A stretch of 63,967 bases of DNA, filler included. It is 4 parts of 4 records of this genome, joined end to end, with 100 filler letters (N's around TTAATTAATTAA, not from the genome) between each part and the next. Parts side by side here need not be neighbours in the genome. Positions count along the whole stretch, not along the records: positions 34,678 to 53,721 come from SRR20825019_811; 3 more parts are not named here. The stretch is one strand, 5' to 3'. Below are positions 43,517-52,917 of the stretch, piece by piece (within the stretch, counting starts at the first letter, position 1; every line of letters begins with the position of its first letter). A model generated the notes under the pieces. The model was not told the DNA's origin and ran no database searches. It worked only from the letters and a program-made list of their open reading frames with translations. Position numbers and translations under genes: made by a program.

Positions 43517-44919
43517 TTCACCTCGCCTCCGGAGGCAAGGATTGGGGCATCATCCAGTTCGGCGGCGTCATACTGCAGTTCGATCAGCGTCGCGGTGAAC
43601 TCTCCGTGATTGCGCAACACGCAGCCAAGGCCTGCGGGAATGGCGACGGTATCTCCGGCTTGCTTGCCGCGCCAATTGGCTCCCTGTTCCAATTGCAGGC
43701 TTCCGGCACAGATCGTCAGCACCCGGTTCCGGGCCTCCTCCACCGCTATCGTCAGCGTCGCGCCCGGTATGATCTCGTGTTCGGCGAGACGATAACCGGG
43801 GCCCGCCTTCAGCGGCGTTCCCGAATGCGCCCATTTCGGCTTTGTGATCGCGGACCTGCCCTTGCGTTCCTTGAGCGCGCTCAGCACCAGCGGCACGTCC
43901 TGGGTACGGTCGAGCGAGGCCACCAGCAGGGCGTCCTCGGTATCGATGATGGCGAGATTGTCGATACCGATGGTCGCGACCAGCTTGCCGTCCTGCGCGC
44001 GGATGTAGGAACCGGCGGTATCCACCGAGACGACATCGCCGCTCGCGACATTGCCGGCGCCATCCTTGGTCCCGATCTCATAAAGCGAGCGCCAGCTTCC
44101 GACATCGTTCCACGCGATATCGGCCGGCACCATCAGCACCCGGTCGCTGTGTTCGAAGACGGTGCTTTCGGTTGCCGCGCCATGCGCTTTGCGGAAGTGG
44201 CGGTCATCGAGAACGGTGCGGCCCGAAGCCCTTGCCGCCCCCTCCACCGCCGCGCGCACCGCCTGCTCCGTTTCGGGATCGAGACGCTGATACTCGGCGA
44301 TCAGCACATCGGCGCGGAACAGGCTGACGCCCGACGCCCAATAGGCATTGCCTTCGGCGATCAGCTTTTCAGCCATCTCACGGGGCGGTTTCTCGATGAA
44401 ATGGGAAACATCGCGCGCGCCGGAGAAGCGCGTACTCGGCCCGTCATCGACAATATAGCCATAGCCGGTTTCGGCGTAAGCCGGGTGGATTCCGAAAAGC
44501 ACGATGCGCCCGTTCTCGGCGGCCTCGCGCATCGAAAGCACCACCGCGCCGAAATCGCCCTCGATCAGATGGTCCGACGGCAACACCGCGATCAGCGCGC
44601 CGGGATCACGGGTTTCAATGGCAAGGGCTGCTGCAAGCACCGCAGGGCCGGTGTGGCGCGAACTTTCCTCGATCATCAGTTCGCCCGCGCGACCGACCGC
44701 GTGAAGTTGCGCGCGCACCAGCGCTTCATAGCGGCTGTTCACGCTAACATAGGGATCGTGAAAGCCGGGACCGGAATGGCGTTCGACGGTCGCCTGAAAA
44801 AAGCTCGGCGAACCGTGTCCGGCCACGCGGTGAAACTGCTTCGGCGCTTCCTCGCGCGACAACGGCCAGAGCCGCATGCCGACACCGCCGCACATGATGA
44901 GCGGGTAGATCGACCTCAT
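43513..44919 (-). CDS. algA: Mannose-1-phosphate guanylyltransferase (AlgA/ManC) with degenerate cupin
   Basis: CGGVGMRLWPLSREEAPKQF, LPSDH, ETGYGYI, FIEKP, WNDVGSW. ATG 44919 overlaps the alg44 stop. Confidence 0.88.
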   Translation of the reverse strand: MRSIYPLIMCGGVGMRLWPLSREEAPKQFHRVAGHGSPSFFQATVERHSGPGFHDPYVSVNSRYEALVRAQLHAVGRAGELMIEESSRHTGPAVLAAALAIETRDPGALIAVLPSDHLIEGDFGAVVLSMREAAENGRIVLFGIHPAYAETGYGYIVDDGPSTRFSGARDVSHFIEKPPREMAEKLIAEGNAYWASGVSLFRADVLIAEYQRLDPETEQAVRAAVEGAARASGRTVLDDRHFRKAHGAATESTVFEHSDRVLMVPADIAWNDVGSWRSLYEIGTKDGAGNVASGDVVSVDTAGSYIRAQDGKLVATIGIDNLAIIDTEDALLVASLDRTQDVPLVLSALKERKGRSAITKPKWAHSGTPLKAGPGYRLAEHEIIPGATLTIAVEEARNRVLTICAGSLQLEQGANWRGKQAGDTVAIPAGLGCVLRNHGEFTATLIELQYDAAELDDAPILASGGEVK

Positions 44920-46097
44920 CGGCTGGCCTCCGTCGCGGCCCGTGCGTTGCCGATCAGCGGCCATGCCTTGGCCCGCTCGCTCACGGCCTTCGTCGCGGTG
45001 AGGCGGGCAAACCGGGTCCGTATCCGCTCCAGGACGTTCGCATAGGGCTTGCTGGTTACCGTGAGCGCAACCGTCTTGCCAATGTCGGCTGCGGTGAGCA
45101 CATCATCCGCGGCGCTGAACGTCACCAGCGCCGTCGTGCCCGAAACGCCGTCCTCCGCCTTGACGTCCCTGACGGTCAGCGGCAGATCGCCGCCGTTGGG
45201 TAGCGATGCATGCGCCTCGGCGCCGAACAGCAGCAATTTCGCCAGAGCGTCCGGCATCACGACCTTGATCGTCGGCCCGGAATCGTCGGTTCGGACATAG
45301 GCGATCGGCGTTCCGGGCAGGACGGTCGCGCCGACCGCGCCGCTTTCGGTGAGCACGATCTTGCAATCGCAGGGATTGGAGAAGTTCAGCATGCCGCCGC
45401 GCGCCGATTGCAGCGAGAACACCACGTCGCCCTCGCCGGCATTCTGGTCGACATAGGCGATCTGTCCGGCCTCCGGCGCGGTCAGCGGCAGGCCTGCCGG
45501 CGTAACGGTCGCAAGGCCCGGCACCCGGTGAACGAAGATATGATAATGGATGGTGTAAAGCGTGAGCGCGATCAGCCCGAGCGTCAGGGCCGTGACCAGT
45601 CCCGCGCCCGCCAGTCGCCGCATCCGCTCGCGGAAGCTCTTGCGCGGCGGAGGCTCCGCCACCGATTTCTGCCGCGCTTCGGGCGGTACGCGCAGCAATT
45701 CGTTGATCTGCACCAGATCGCCCGCCAGATAGGCATTCATCATATAACGCAGATGCGGCAGATGGGGGCCGGTGGGATTGAGGAACACCAGCTTGTAAGC
45801 GCCGCCACTGCGGGATTCCAGTTCGGCGCTGACCTCGATCGGCAGCACCACGGAATAGCCCTCGAACTGGAAGCTGAACCGGGCAATCATGCGATGGCCG
45901 GAGATATCCTCCCCCGTCCAGCCGCCGGCATAGGCCGCGACGAGCGAAATCCCAACACCTTCCAGCTCGCGGCCGTCGATAAACACCGAAAACGGCATCC
46001 AGATCGAGGGATGATCGCTGTCATGACCGTTGTCCGGCAGTTCAGCCACAGGCTCCTCGTATCCGGTCTCGGGGGTGCGATGGTGTTCCATAAGCAT
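44916..46097 (-). CDS. alg44: Alg44-like co-polymerase (degenerate PilZ-like domain, TM helix, membrane-fusion domain)
   Basis: Directly after alg8. LRYMMNAYLAGDLVQINELL linker, single TM helix, conserved NPCDC. Confidence 0.8.
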   Translation of the reverse strand: MLMEHHRTPETGYEEPVAELPDNGHDSDHPSIWMPFSVFIDGRELEGVGISLVAAYAGGWTGEDISGHRMIARFSFQFEGYSVVLPIEVSAELESRSGGAYKLVFLNPTGPHLPHLRYMMNAYLAGDLVQINELLRVPPEARQKSVAEPPPRKSFRERMRRLAGAGLVTALTLGLIALTLYTIHYHIFVHRVPGLATVTPAGLPLTAPEAGQIAYVDQNAGEGDVVFSLQSARGGMLNFSNPCDCKIVLTESGAVGATVLPGTPIAYVRTDDSGPTIKVVMPDALAKLLLFGAEAHASLPNGGDLPLTVRDVKAEDGVSGTTALVTFSAADDVLTAADIGKTVALTVTSKPYANVLERIRTRFARLTATKAVSERAKAWPLIGNARAATEASR

Positions 46098-46106
46098 GCG
46101 AAGCTC

Positions 46107-47579
46107 CTAAGCGCCCGAAATATCGACGAACCAGATCATGCCCAGTATCAGCCATGCTACTGCGAGCGCGTGAAGATACAAAGAAAATCCGTCTGACCCG
46201 AGAAAGCCCTTGCTCTGCCGGACCGTACCGGTTGCGATGCTCTGGCGGGTCCATTTCTGTCGATCGAGGCGAAACAATACGTAGGTCTTGACCAGCGCCC
46301 CGCCGATCTGGCCGAAATACAGCAGAAACGGATAGGTAACCGGAAACCCGCCGGCCCGGAAGGTCGAGATCATCGTACACATCACGTAGCGCGACGCCAT
46401 GACCCAGGCGATATAGGCGAGAAAAACATAAGGGTTGAAGACATAGGCCGCCAGCAGCATGCCGCAGGGCCCGGCAAGCGTGGTCCACATCGACATGCGC
46501 TGATCCAGGATCGACCACCATGTGAAATAGCCGATCCGGCTCGCCGGGAGCGCCAGTGCCCGGTTGCTGGTCCTCAGCGTGTTGCCGAACCAGCGCCGCA
46601 TCAGCACGATCGCCGAATCGTAAAAGCTGTCGCGCGGCTGGGTTTCGACGGATACGGTTTTCACATCGGGCAGATAGCCCATCTTGTAACCGTGCCTCAA
46701 AAGCCAGAACCAGGTCGACTTGTCGTCTCCGGTCAGGAAGTTCACCCGGCCGAAGCGCCAGTGGTCGATGAAATCATGCTGCACGCCGCTGATGAAGCCG
46801 GGCTGGGTGGCAAGGTCGCCGCGAAATACCGACATGCGGCCGGTCAGCGTCAGAACGCGTTCGCTGAGCCCCATCGAGCTCATCATGAGCTGGCGCTGCG
46901 CAAAGCGCAGGTGGAACCAGTCCTGAAAAAGCCGGCCGCCGGTCGCATCGGAAACCTCGTCGGAGGTGAGCGCGCCCATCTGGTCGTCGGTAAAGAAAGG
47001 GGCCGACTTCGCCACAAGGGTTTGCGGCACCCGCGTGTCGCCATCGACCAGGAAGATCATGTCGCGGCGGGTCGGATTGTGACGGGCGATGGTGCGCAGC
47101 GATGTCGCCAGCGCATCACGTTTGCCGGTGCCGGCGATCCGGTCGAAGATCAGCGACACCGTGCCGCTGCGGCTTGCATCGGAGCCGGCGAACACGGATT
47201 TGATCAGGCGGATGTCGCTTGCATCGACGACGGAGGCGACAATCGTCGCCCCGCCCTCGGAGTTTCGCGCCGCCTCGAAGATCGAGCGATAGACCGGGGC
47301 GGTGATAGCGGGATCGATCTTGTAGGTGGTCACCAGAAAGAAGGCATGCGCCCGATAGGGCAGCGCCGCATAGAGCGCCTCCGCCTGCCTGCGACGACGG
47401 GGAAACGCGACGTGCAGATAGTATTTTGCGCGGATGAAATTCAAAATCCCCCACGAATAGCGCCAGATGCCGAGAGCCCCGATCGCCAGCGCCAGTTCGC
47501 CGGACTTGCCGACGACGTTGGGCGCGGCAAACAGCGCGATATTCACGGCCGTACAAATGTAGAGGATATGATAAAGCAT
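46107..47579 (-). CDS. alg8: Alg8 GT2 mannuronan polymerase
   Basis: IGALGIWRYSW, GTGKRDALA, VDGDT, RVLTLTGRMSVFR, FLTGDDKSTWF, LMRRWFGN, DRQKWTRQ. Confidence 0.93.
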   Translation of the reverse strand: MLYHILYICTAVNIALFAAPNVVGKSGELALAIGALGIWRYSWGILNFIRAKYYLHVAFPRRRRQAEALYAALPYRAHAFFLVTTYKIDPAITAPVYRSIFEAARNSEGGATIVASVVDASDIRLIKSVFAGSDASRSGTVSLIFDRIAGTGKRDALATSLRTIARHNPTRRDMIFLVDGDTRVPQTLVAKSAPFFTDDQMGALTSDEVSDATGGRLFQDWFHLRFAQRQLMMSSMGLSERVLTLTGRMSVFRGDLATQPGFISGVQHDFIDHWRFGRVNFLTGDDKSTWFWLLRHGYKMGYLPDVKTVSVETQPRDSFYDSAIVLMRRWFGNTLRTSNRALALPASRIGYFTWWSILDQRMSMWTTLAGPCGMLLAAYVFNPYVFLAYIAWVMASRYVMCTMISTFRAGGFPVTYPFLLYFGQIGGALVKTYVLFRLDRQKWTRQSIATGTVRQSKGFLGSDGFSLYLHALAVAWLILGMIWFVDISGA

Positions 47580-47586
47580 CCCGTTC

Positions 47587-48906
47587 CTACCAGCATATGC
47601 CCTCATAGGCATCGCGCGTGACCACGCCCGGCGCGATACGGGCGAGATCGACCATCGGCTTGTCGCCGATCAGCGCCGAGAGCGGCTCCACGGCCTCCCT
47701 GTAGCGATGGCCGACAACGATGATATCTGACAACGCTATCAAATCCGCCAGATCGGCGACGAGCCTTGCGGGCAGATCCGCGATCCTGTCATTGCCGCGC
47801 CCTGCCCCGCTCATGCCCTCGTCATAGGCCGCCTGGACGGACGGGTCGTAAATCTTCACCTCATGGCCGCTGTCGAGAAGCCGGCTCGCAAGGGCCGCAA
47901 GCGGGCTTTCGCGCAGATCGTCCGTGCCCGGCTTGAAGCTGATGCCGACCATGCCGACCGTGCGGCCTTCAAACTTGTTCACCAGCGCCTCGGCGCGGGC
48001 GATCTGGTTCTCGTTGGCGGCAAGTACGCCTTCGAGCAACGGGGCCGCCACATCATTGGAATTGGCGAGAAAACGCAGCGCCCGCAGATCCTTGGGCAGG
48101 CACGACCCGCCGAAGGAGAAACCCGGACGCAGAAAATAGGGCGACATCGCGACCTGGTCGTCCGAGCACAGTATCTTCATCACCGCCTGGCCGTCGACGC
48201 CGACGCTCTTTGCGATGTTGCCGATCTCGTTGGCGAAGGTGATTTTGGTCGCGCGCCAGCTATTGCTGGTGTATTTGATCATCTCCGCGGTCTTCATGTC
48301 GACGGCGTGATGTTCGCCCGGCAGCCCCGCGTTGAAGCCGCGCAGCACCGCCATGGTCGTGTCGTCGATCGCGCCGTAGACGATCAGGCACGGATCGAAG
48401 TAATCCGCGACCGCGGTGCCTTCCCGCAGAAATTCCGGGAAATAACCGACGCCGAAATCGGTCCCGGCCTTCAACCCCGAGGCGCGCTCGAGCTCAGGCA
48501 CGCAGACGGTTTCCATCGTGCCCGGCACCAGCGTGGATCGGACGATGACGCTGTGGAGCCCCTCCTTCCTGGAAAGCGCGACGCCAATGGAGCGGCACAG
48601 AGCCGTAACATAGGAAAGCCCGATCGCGCCGGAGGCCTCGCTCGGCGTGCCGACGCAGACGATCGAGACATCCGTGCCCAAAATGGCCTCGGCGATATCG
48701 GTGGTCGCCGACAGCCTGCCGGCATCGTGATTGGCTGAGACCAGTTCGTCGAGACGCTCCTCGACGATCGGCGTGCGCCCGGCATTGATGGCGGCAACCT
48801 TGTCGGGATCGATATCGACCGCAACCACCTGATGACCCTGCTCGGCGAGGCAGGCCGCCGAAACGGTGCCGGTATAGCCGATGCCAAACACGCTTACTCG
48901 TACCAA
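47587..48906 (-). CDS. algD: GDP-mannose 6-dehydrogenase
   Basis: TTG start after AAGGAGG. VFGIGYTG, CVGTPS, PEFLREG, GFSFGGSCLPKD, FKPGTDDLRESP, and the AlgD-type C-terminus EGICW. Confidence 0.92.
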   Translation of the reverse strand: MVRVSVFGIGYTGTVSAACLAEQGHQVVAVDIDPDKVAAINAGRTPIVEERLDELVSANHDAGRLSATTDIAEAILGTDVSIVCVGTPSEASGAIGLSYVTALCRSIGVALSRKEGLHSVIVRSTLVPGTMETVCVPELERASGLKAGTDFGVGYFPEFLREGTAVADYFDPCLIVYGAIDDTTMAVLRGFNAGLPGEHHAVDMKTAEMIKYTSNSWRATKITFANEIGNIAKSVGVDGQAVMKILCSDDQVAMSPYFLRPGFSFGGSCLPKDLRALRFLANSNDVAAPLLEGVLAANENQIARAEALVNKFEGRTVGMVGISFKPGTDDLRESPLAALASRLLDSGHEVKIYDPSVQAAYDEGMSGAGRGNDRIADLPARLVADLADLIALSDIIVVGHRYREAVEPLSALIGDKPMVDLARIAPGVVTRDAYEGICW

Positions 48907-48965
48907 ATGACCCTCCTTTGGGTCTGAACAACCGGAAAGCCAATCAGCGCCCGGAAACCACACTC

Positions 48966-48981
48966 TGCCAGTTTCATGCCA
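48966..48981 (-). promoter_or_regulatory. Candidate sigma-54 (-24/-12) promoter, proximal
   Basis: TGGCATGAAACTGGCA has GG-N10-GC spacing, 60 nt upstream of algD. Confidence 0.5.
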
Positions 48982-49016
48982 ACCGGATCGCCGGAACGGT
49001 TGCGCTTCTTCCGAAT

Positions 49017-49032
49017 TGCAAGCCATCGGCCA
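49017..49032 (-). promoter_or_regulatory. Candidate sigma-54 (-24/-12) promoter, distal
   Basis: TGGCCGATGGCTTGCA has GG-N10-GC spacing with TTGCA. Confidence 0.5.
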
Positions 49033-49162
49033 GGTTGGCAACCTGGTTGGAGCCTTTCAAAAGAAGCCCACAGCGAAGTTGTCAATAGCTTGTAGCCGCA
49101 ATTCCTAAAGATACCGTATTCATGGTTGTTTTTTAACCTCGCCCGGTTTTCTACGCGTAGTA

Positions 49163-50932
49163 TCAGTGATTGTGGCGCGGCGGTCGGCGGGCGATGTCGC
49201 GGAAGTCGTCAGCGCCGTCGATCGTGCCGCCATCGGAGAGCTGCGTCACGGTCTGGCGGTAAAGCCGCTGCCAGGGCGTCGCATCGGCGGGCACCTCCGG
49301 CAGTCCCTCCGTCTTTCGTCGCCCGATCTCGGCGTCATCGACCAGCATGTCGCAGCGCCCCTGATTGAAATCGATGCGGATCATGTCGCCATCGCGCAAA
49401 AAGGCGAGCCCGCCGCCTGCCGCACTTTCCGGCGAGGCATTGAGGATGGAGGGGCTGTCGGCCGTGCCGGACTGCCGCCCGTCGCCGATGGTCGGCAGGC
49501 TGGTGATGCCCTTTCTGATAAGATGGTCCGGCGGCTGCATGTTGACCACTTCGGCAGAGCCCGGCCAGCCGAGCGGCCCGGCCCCGCGGATCACCAGAAT
49601 GGTGCGCTCGTCTATGTCGAGCGCCGGATCGTTGATGCGCGCATGATAGTCCTCCGAGCCGTCGAAGATCACGGCCTTGCCCGTAAACACACCCTCATGG
49701 CCGGGTTCCATCAGATATCTCTGCCGAAACGCGTCAGAAATCACGCTCATCTTCATGATCGCGAAATCGAACAGATTGCCCTTCATCACCAGAAAGCCCG
49801 CGCGCTCCTGCATCGGATTGTCGTAGGCCAGGATCACCTCGCGATCGACCGCCTCGCGGCCCTTGAGATTGTCGGCCATGGTTACGCCGGTGACCGTCGG
49901 CGCATCGCCATCGAGCCTGCCGGCCCTGAGCAGTTCCCACATGATCGCGGGCACGCCGCCGGCGCGATGGAACCGTTCGCCCAGATACTTGCCGGCCGGC
50001 TGGACATTGGCGAGCAGCGGGATGTCATACCCAAAACCCTGCCAGTCCTCCGGCTTCAGGTCGATGCCGGCGTGGCGGGCGATTGCGGCCAGATGCGGCT
50101 GGGCGTTGGTCGAGCCGCCGATGGCTGCGTTGACGCGGATGGCGTTGAGGAAGGCCGAGCGGGTCAGGATATCGAGCGGACGGATATCCTCGTTTACAAG
50201 CTCCACCGCGCGGCGGCCGGTGCGATAGCCCATCTGGCCGCGCTCGCGATAGGCAGCGGGGATCGCCGCCGAGCCGGTCAGCGACATGCCGAGCGCCTCG
50301 GCCAGCGCATTCATCGTCGAGGCCGTGCCCATCGTGTTGCAATGGCCGACCGAGGGTGCGGAATCGAGCGCCGTTTCCAGGAATTCTTCCCGGGTGATCT
50401 CGCCGGCGGCGAGCTTGCGCCGCGACCGCCAGATCACCGTGCCGGAGCCTACAAGCTCGCCCTCGTGCCAGCCGTCGAGCATCGGACCGCCGGAATAGAC
50501 GATCGCCGGAATATTCACAGTTGCCGCCGCCATCAGCGCCGAAGGCGTGGTCTTGTCGCAGCCTGTCGTCAGCACCACGCCGTCGAGCGGATAGCCGTAC
50601 AGGATTTCGACCAGACCGAGATAGGCAAGATTGCGATCAAGGGCCGCCGTCGGGCGCTTGCAGTTTTCAAACAGCGGATGCGAGGGAAATTCGATCGGAA
50701 TACCGCCGGCATCGCGAATGCCGTCGCGCACCCGGCGCGCGAGATCGAGGTGGTGGCGGTTGCAGGGATTGATGTCGCTGCCGCTCTGGGCAATGCCGAT
50801 GATCGGCCTGCCGGAGCGCAGCTCTTCCGGCGTGGTGCCGTAGTTCATGAACCGCTCCAGATAGAGCGCGGTCATGTCCGCATGGTCCGGATTGTCGAAC
50901 CAGTCTTGTGAACGCAGGCGGCGATGCGGCAT
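49163..50932 (-). CDS. IlvD/Edd-family sugar-acid dehydratase (xylonate dehydratase XylD-like)
   Basis: RSQDWFDNPDHADMTALYLERFMNYG, PCN, GCDKTTP, CNTMGTASTMN, GDGRQSGT. Confidence 0.92.
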   Translation of the reverse strand: MPHRRLRSQDWFDNPDHADMTALYLERFMNYGTTPEELRSGRPIIGIAQSGSDINPCNRHHLDLARRVRDGIRDAGGIPIEFPSHPLFENCKRPTAALDRNLAYLGLVEILYGYPLDGVVLTTGCDKTTPSALMAAATVNIPAIVYSGGPMLDGWHEGELVGSGTVIWRSRRKLAAGEITREEFLETALDSAPSVGHCNTMGTASTMNALAEALGMSLTGSAAIPAAYRERGQMGYRTGRRAVELVNEDIRPLDILTRSAFLNAIRVNAAIGGSTNAQPHLAAIARHAGIDLKPEDWQGFGYDIPLLANVQPAGKYLGERFHRAGGVPAIMWELLRAGRLDGDAPTVTGVTMADNLKGREAVDREVILAYDNPMQERAGFLVMKGNLFDFAIMKMSVISDAFRQRYLMEPGHEGVFTGKAVIFDGSEDYHARINDPALDIDERTILVIRGAGPLGWPGSAEVVNMQPPDHLIRKGITSLPTIGDGRQSGTADSPSILNASPESAAGGGLAFLRDGDMIRIDFNQGRCDMLVDDAEIGRRKTEGLPEVPADATPWQRLYRQTVTQLSDGGTIDGADDFRDIARRPPRHNH

Positions 50933-51100
50933 TGTGTCTTCTCCCGTCAACAGGCTTCCTCATGCGCCAGAGTGGCGAAACTCTTCGCGCGGGTCCACGG
51001 ACCTTTTGAATATTTTCGGTCTTCGCGCTCCGAAACGGCGTTCTCCGGCAAGCGCCGCGCCCCCTATAGGCGGATATCCTCCAAAAAACCGGCAGGTTTC

Positions 51101-51125
51101 GGAACGTTCACTGCGCAGAGCCGTT
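51101..51125 (+). promoter_or_regulatory. EcfG/RpoE2/SigT-type general-stress promoter
   Basis: GGAAC-N16-CGTT, ending about 30 nt upstream of ATG 51158. Confidence 0.75.
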
Positions 51126-51157
51126 TATGGAGTATCAATTTCAACCGGAGCAGAAAA

Positions 51158-51232
51158 ATGAGTGGTATTATTTATCTCGTCGGCCTCATCGTTGTGGTCA
51201 TGTTCATCCTTTCCGTTCTGGGTCTGGCGTGA
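51158..51232 (+). CDS. 24-aa single-TM small protein MSGIIYLVGLIVVVMFILSVLGLA
   Basis: GGAG RBS, ATG, fully hydrophobic helix. Stop lies 2 nt before the next ATG. Confidence 0.7.
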   Translation: MSGIIYLVGLIVVVMFILSVLGLA

Positions 51233-51234
51233 TC

Positions 51235-51849
51235 ATGAGTGATATTGGTCACACAACCCCCGCGGCGGCGCCGGCCGCCAAGCCCGGCGTCTCCTACCTC
51301 GAATGGGGCGCGATCTTTGGCGGCGCGATGGTTGCCGGCGCGCTCACCGTCGTTCTGACGCAGTTCGGAACGGGCGTAGGGCTCGCGACCGCCGACCCCA
51401 CCCTTGAAGACGGCCTCACCTGGGGCATTTTCCTGGTGGGCCTGTGGCTGGTTCTCATCCCGTTCGCCAGCGCCAGCGCCGGCGGCTACGTTGCCGGACG
51501 CATGCGCTCGCATTTCGGTGACGGCACGAAGGATGAGAGCGAGTTCCGGGATGGCATTCACGGCATCGTCGTCTGGGCGCTCGCGACCGTGGTGATGGGT
51601 CTTGCCGCCGGGATCTCGGCAGCAATCTCGTCTGCCCTCGCCCCCGCCGCTGCGGACCCGGAAGTCAGCGCCGAGTTGATGCAGTTGATGCGTTCGGCGT
51701 CCACGATCACGGCGTTCGCCGCAGGTGCCGGCGCTGTTCTCGGTGCGGCGGGCGCCTGGTTTGCAGCTCTTGCAGGCGGCCAGCATCGCGACGAAGGGAT
51801 TGCCATATCGGCATTCCGCGGCCCCTTCTTCCGCCGCACGCAGCCGTAG
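51235..51849 (+). CDS. Four-TM membrane protein of unknown function
   Basis: SYLEWGAIFGGA...GGYVAGRMR...ESEFRDGIHGIVVWA...GGQHRD. ATG 51235. Confidence 0.8.
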   Translation: MSDIGHTTPAAAPAAKPGVSYLEWGAIFGGAMVAGALTVVLTQFGTGVGLATADPTLEDGLTWGIFLVGLWLVLIPFASASAGGYVAGRMRSHFGDGTKDESEFRDGIHGIVVWALATVVMGLAAGISAAISSALAPAAADPEVSAELMQLMRSASTITAFAAGAGAVLGAAGAWFAALAGGQHRDEGIAISAFRGPFFRRTQP

Positions 51850-51874
51850 GCATCGCTGAAACCAGGAAACGAGG

Positions 51875-51902
51875 AAAGGGCCTTGCAACGGGCCCTTTTT
51901 TC
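51875..51902 (+). terminator. Rho-independent terminator
   Basis: AAAGGGCC-loop-GGCCCTTTTTT. Confidence 0.75.
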
Positions 51903-52036
51903 ATGCCTTGCGCCACGGTCAGCCGCCATGAACGTCGGCCGCCGGATGGACAGCGGACAAAGGAGGAACGGAGTGCGCGCCGCCGTGCAATGCGTGATCG
52001 CTGCGGCCATCATCGTGTTTGTGCCGACGGTAGCGA

Positions 52037-52831
52037 TCAAGCATCCTCGATGTTGATTTCCCGCCAGATTGCCTCCGCGAAGGAATAGGCGGCGAACATG
52101 ATGACGCCGACGCCCATGGCGGCCAGCAGGAGCGCGCCGAAGGGCAGGCCCTGCACGAATTCCATCGCCTCCTTGATGCCGGGCGTACCGGAGGTATCGT
52201 CGGCGGTGAGGCCGCGGAACACCAGCATGACCGACAGGATCGCGAACACCGCGCCGCGCGCTGAAAGTCCGGCAATCGAAATCGGGTGGACATAGGTCAT
52301 CACATATTCGGACGCCTTCAGATGATCGGCATATTTACGTTTTGCCGCCTTGATCCAGTGGGCAATCGCAACGCCTGCGAATATGGCGGCAAGCCCGAGC
52401 GAGACGGGTCTGGAGCCGACAAAGCCGGCGATGAACCGCGCCGGCGATTGCCCTGCGCCATCGCCGGCGGAACCGGAAAACGCAATCAGCGACAGCGCGT
52501 AGAATGCCAGCAACGTGTAGGTGAAGGCGCTTGCCAGAAGCCCGGCGCGAACGGCGAGGCCCATCGGCTTGTTGCCATGTTCATCCGGATCCATGACGGA
52601 CTGGAACAGGCGCCAGACTGCATAGCTCACAAGGCCTATGATCAGAAGCGCGATCAGCACCGCGCCGAAAGGTTGCCCGAGCAACGTCTGCAACGCGCCC
52701 TTGGTATCCTTGTTCTCGCCGGAGCCGATGGCTGCCAGCACCGCGAATAAACCGATGATCGTGTAGACCATGCCCCGGGCGAAATATCCCGTTCGCGCCA
52801 GCGGTTTCAACCATTTCGCACCTTGCACCAT
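52037..52831 (-). CDS. DUF1206 membrane protein
   Basis: LARTGYFARGMVY, GALQTLLGQPFG, GLSARGAVF, LPFGALLL repeats. Confidence 0.88.
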   Translation of the reverse strand: MVQGAKWLKPLARTGYFARGMVYTIIGLFAVLAAIGSGENKDTKGALQTLLGQPFGAVLIALLIIGLVSYAVWRLFQSVMDPDEHGNKPMGLAVRAGLLASAFTYTLLAFYALSLIAFSGSAGDGAGQSPARFIAGFVGSRPVSLGLAAIFAGVAIAHWIKAAKRKYADHLKASEYVMTYVHPISIAGLSARGAVFAILSVMLVFRGLTADDTSGTPGIKEAMEFVQGLPFGALLLAAMGVGVIMFAAYSFAEAIWREINIEDA

Positions 52832-52917
52832 TCGCCAGTTCCTCGACTTGTTTCAGAGCGTCGGGCGGAAAAGCGGAATCCGGTTTTTCGCTAACCCGAC
52901 GCGTTAGATAGATGGCG

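Noticed and set aside
47587-48906. UDP-glucose dehydrogenase call for the algD gene
   Set aside because: The adjacent alg8/alg44/algA genes and the EGICW terminus favour GDP-mannose dehydrogenase.
49166-50911. 581-aa plus-strand ORF, and similar long antisense ORFs such as 43606-45045
   Set aside because: These are antisense shadows of high-GC3 genes on the minus strand.
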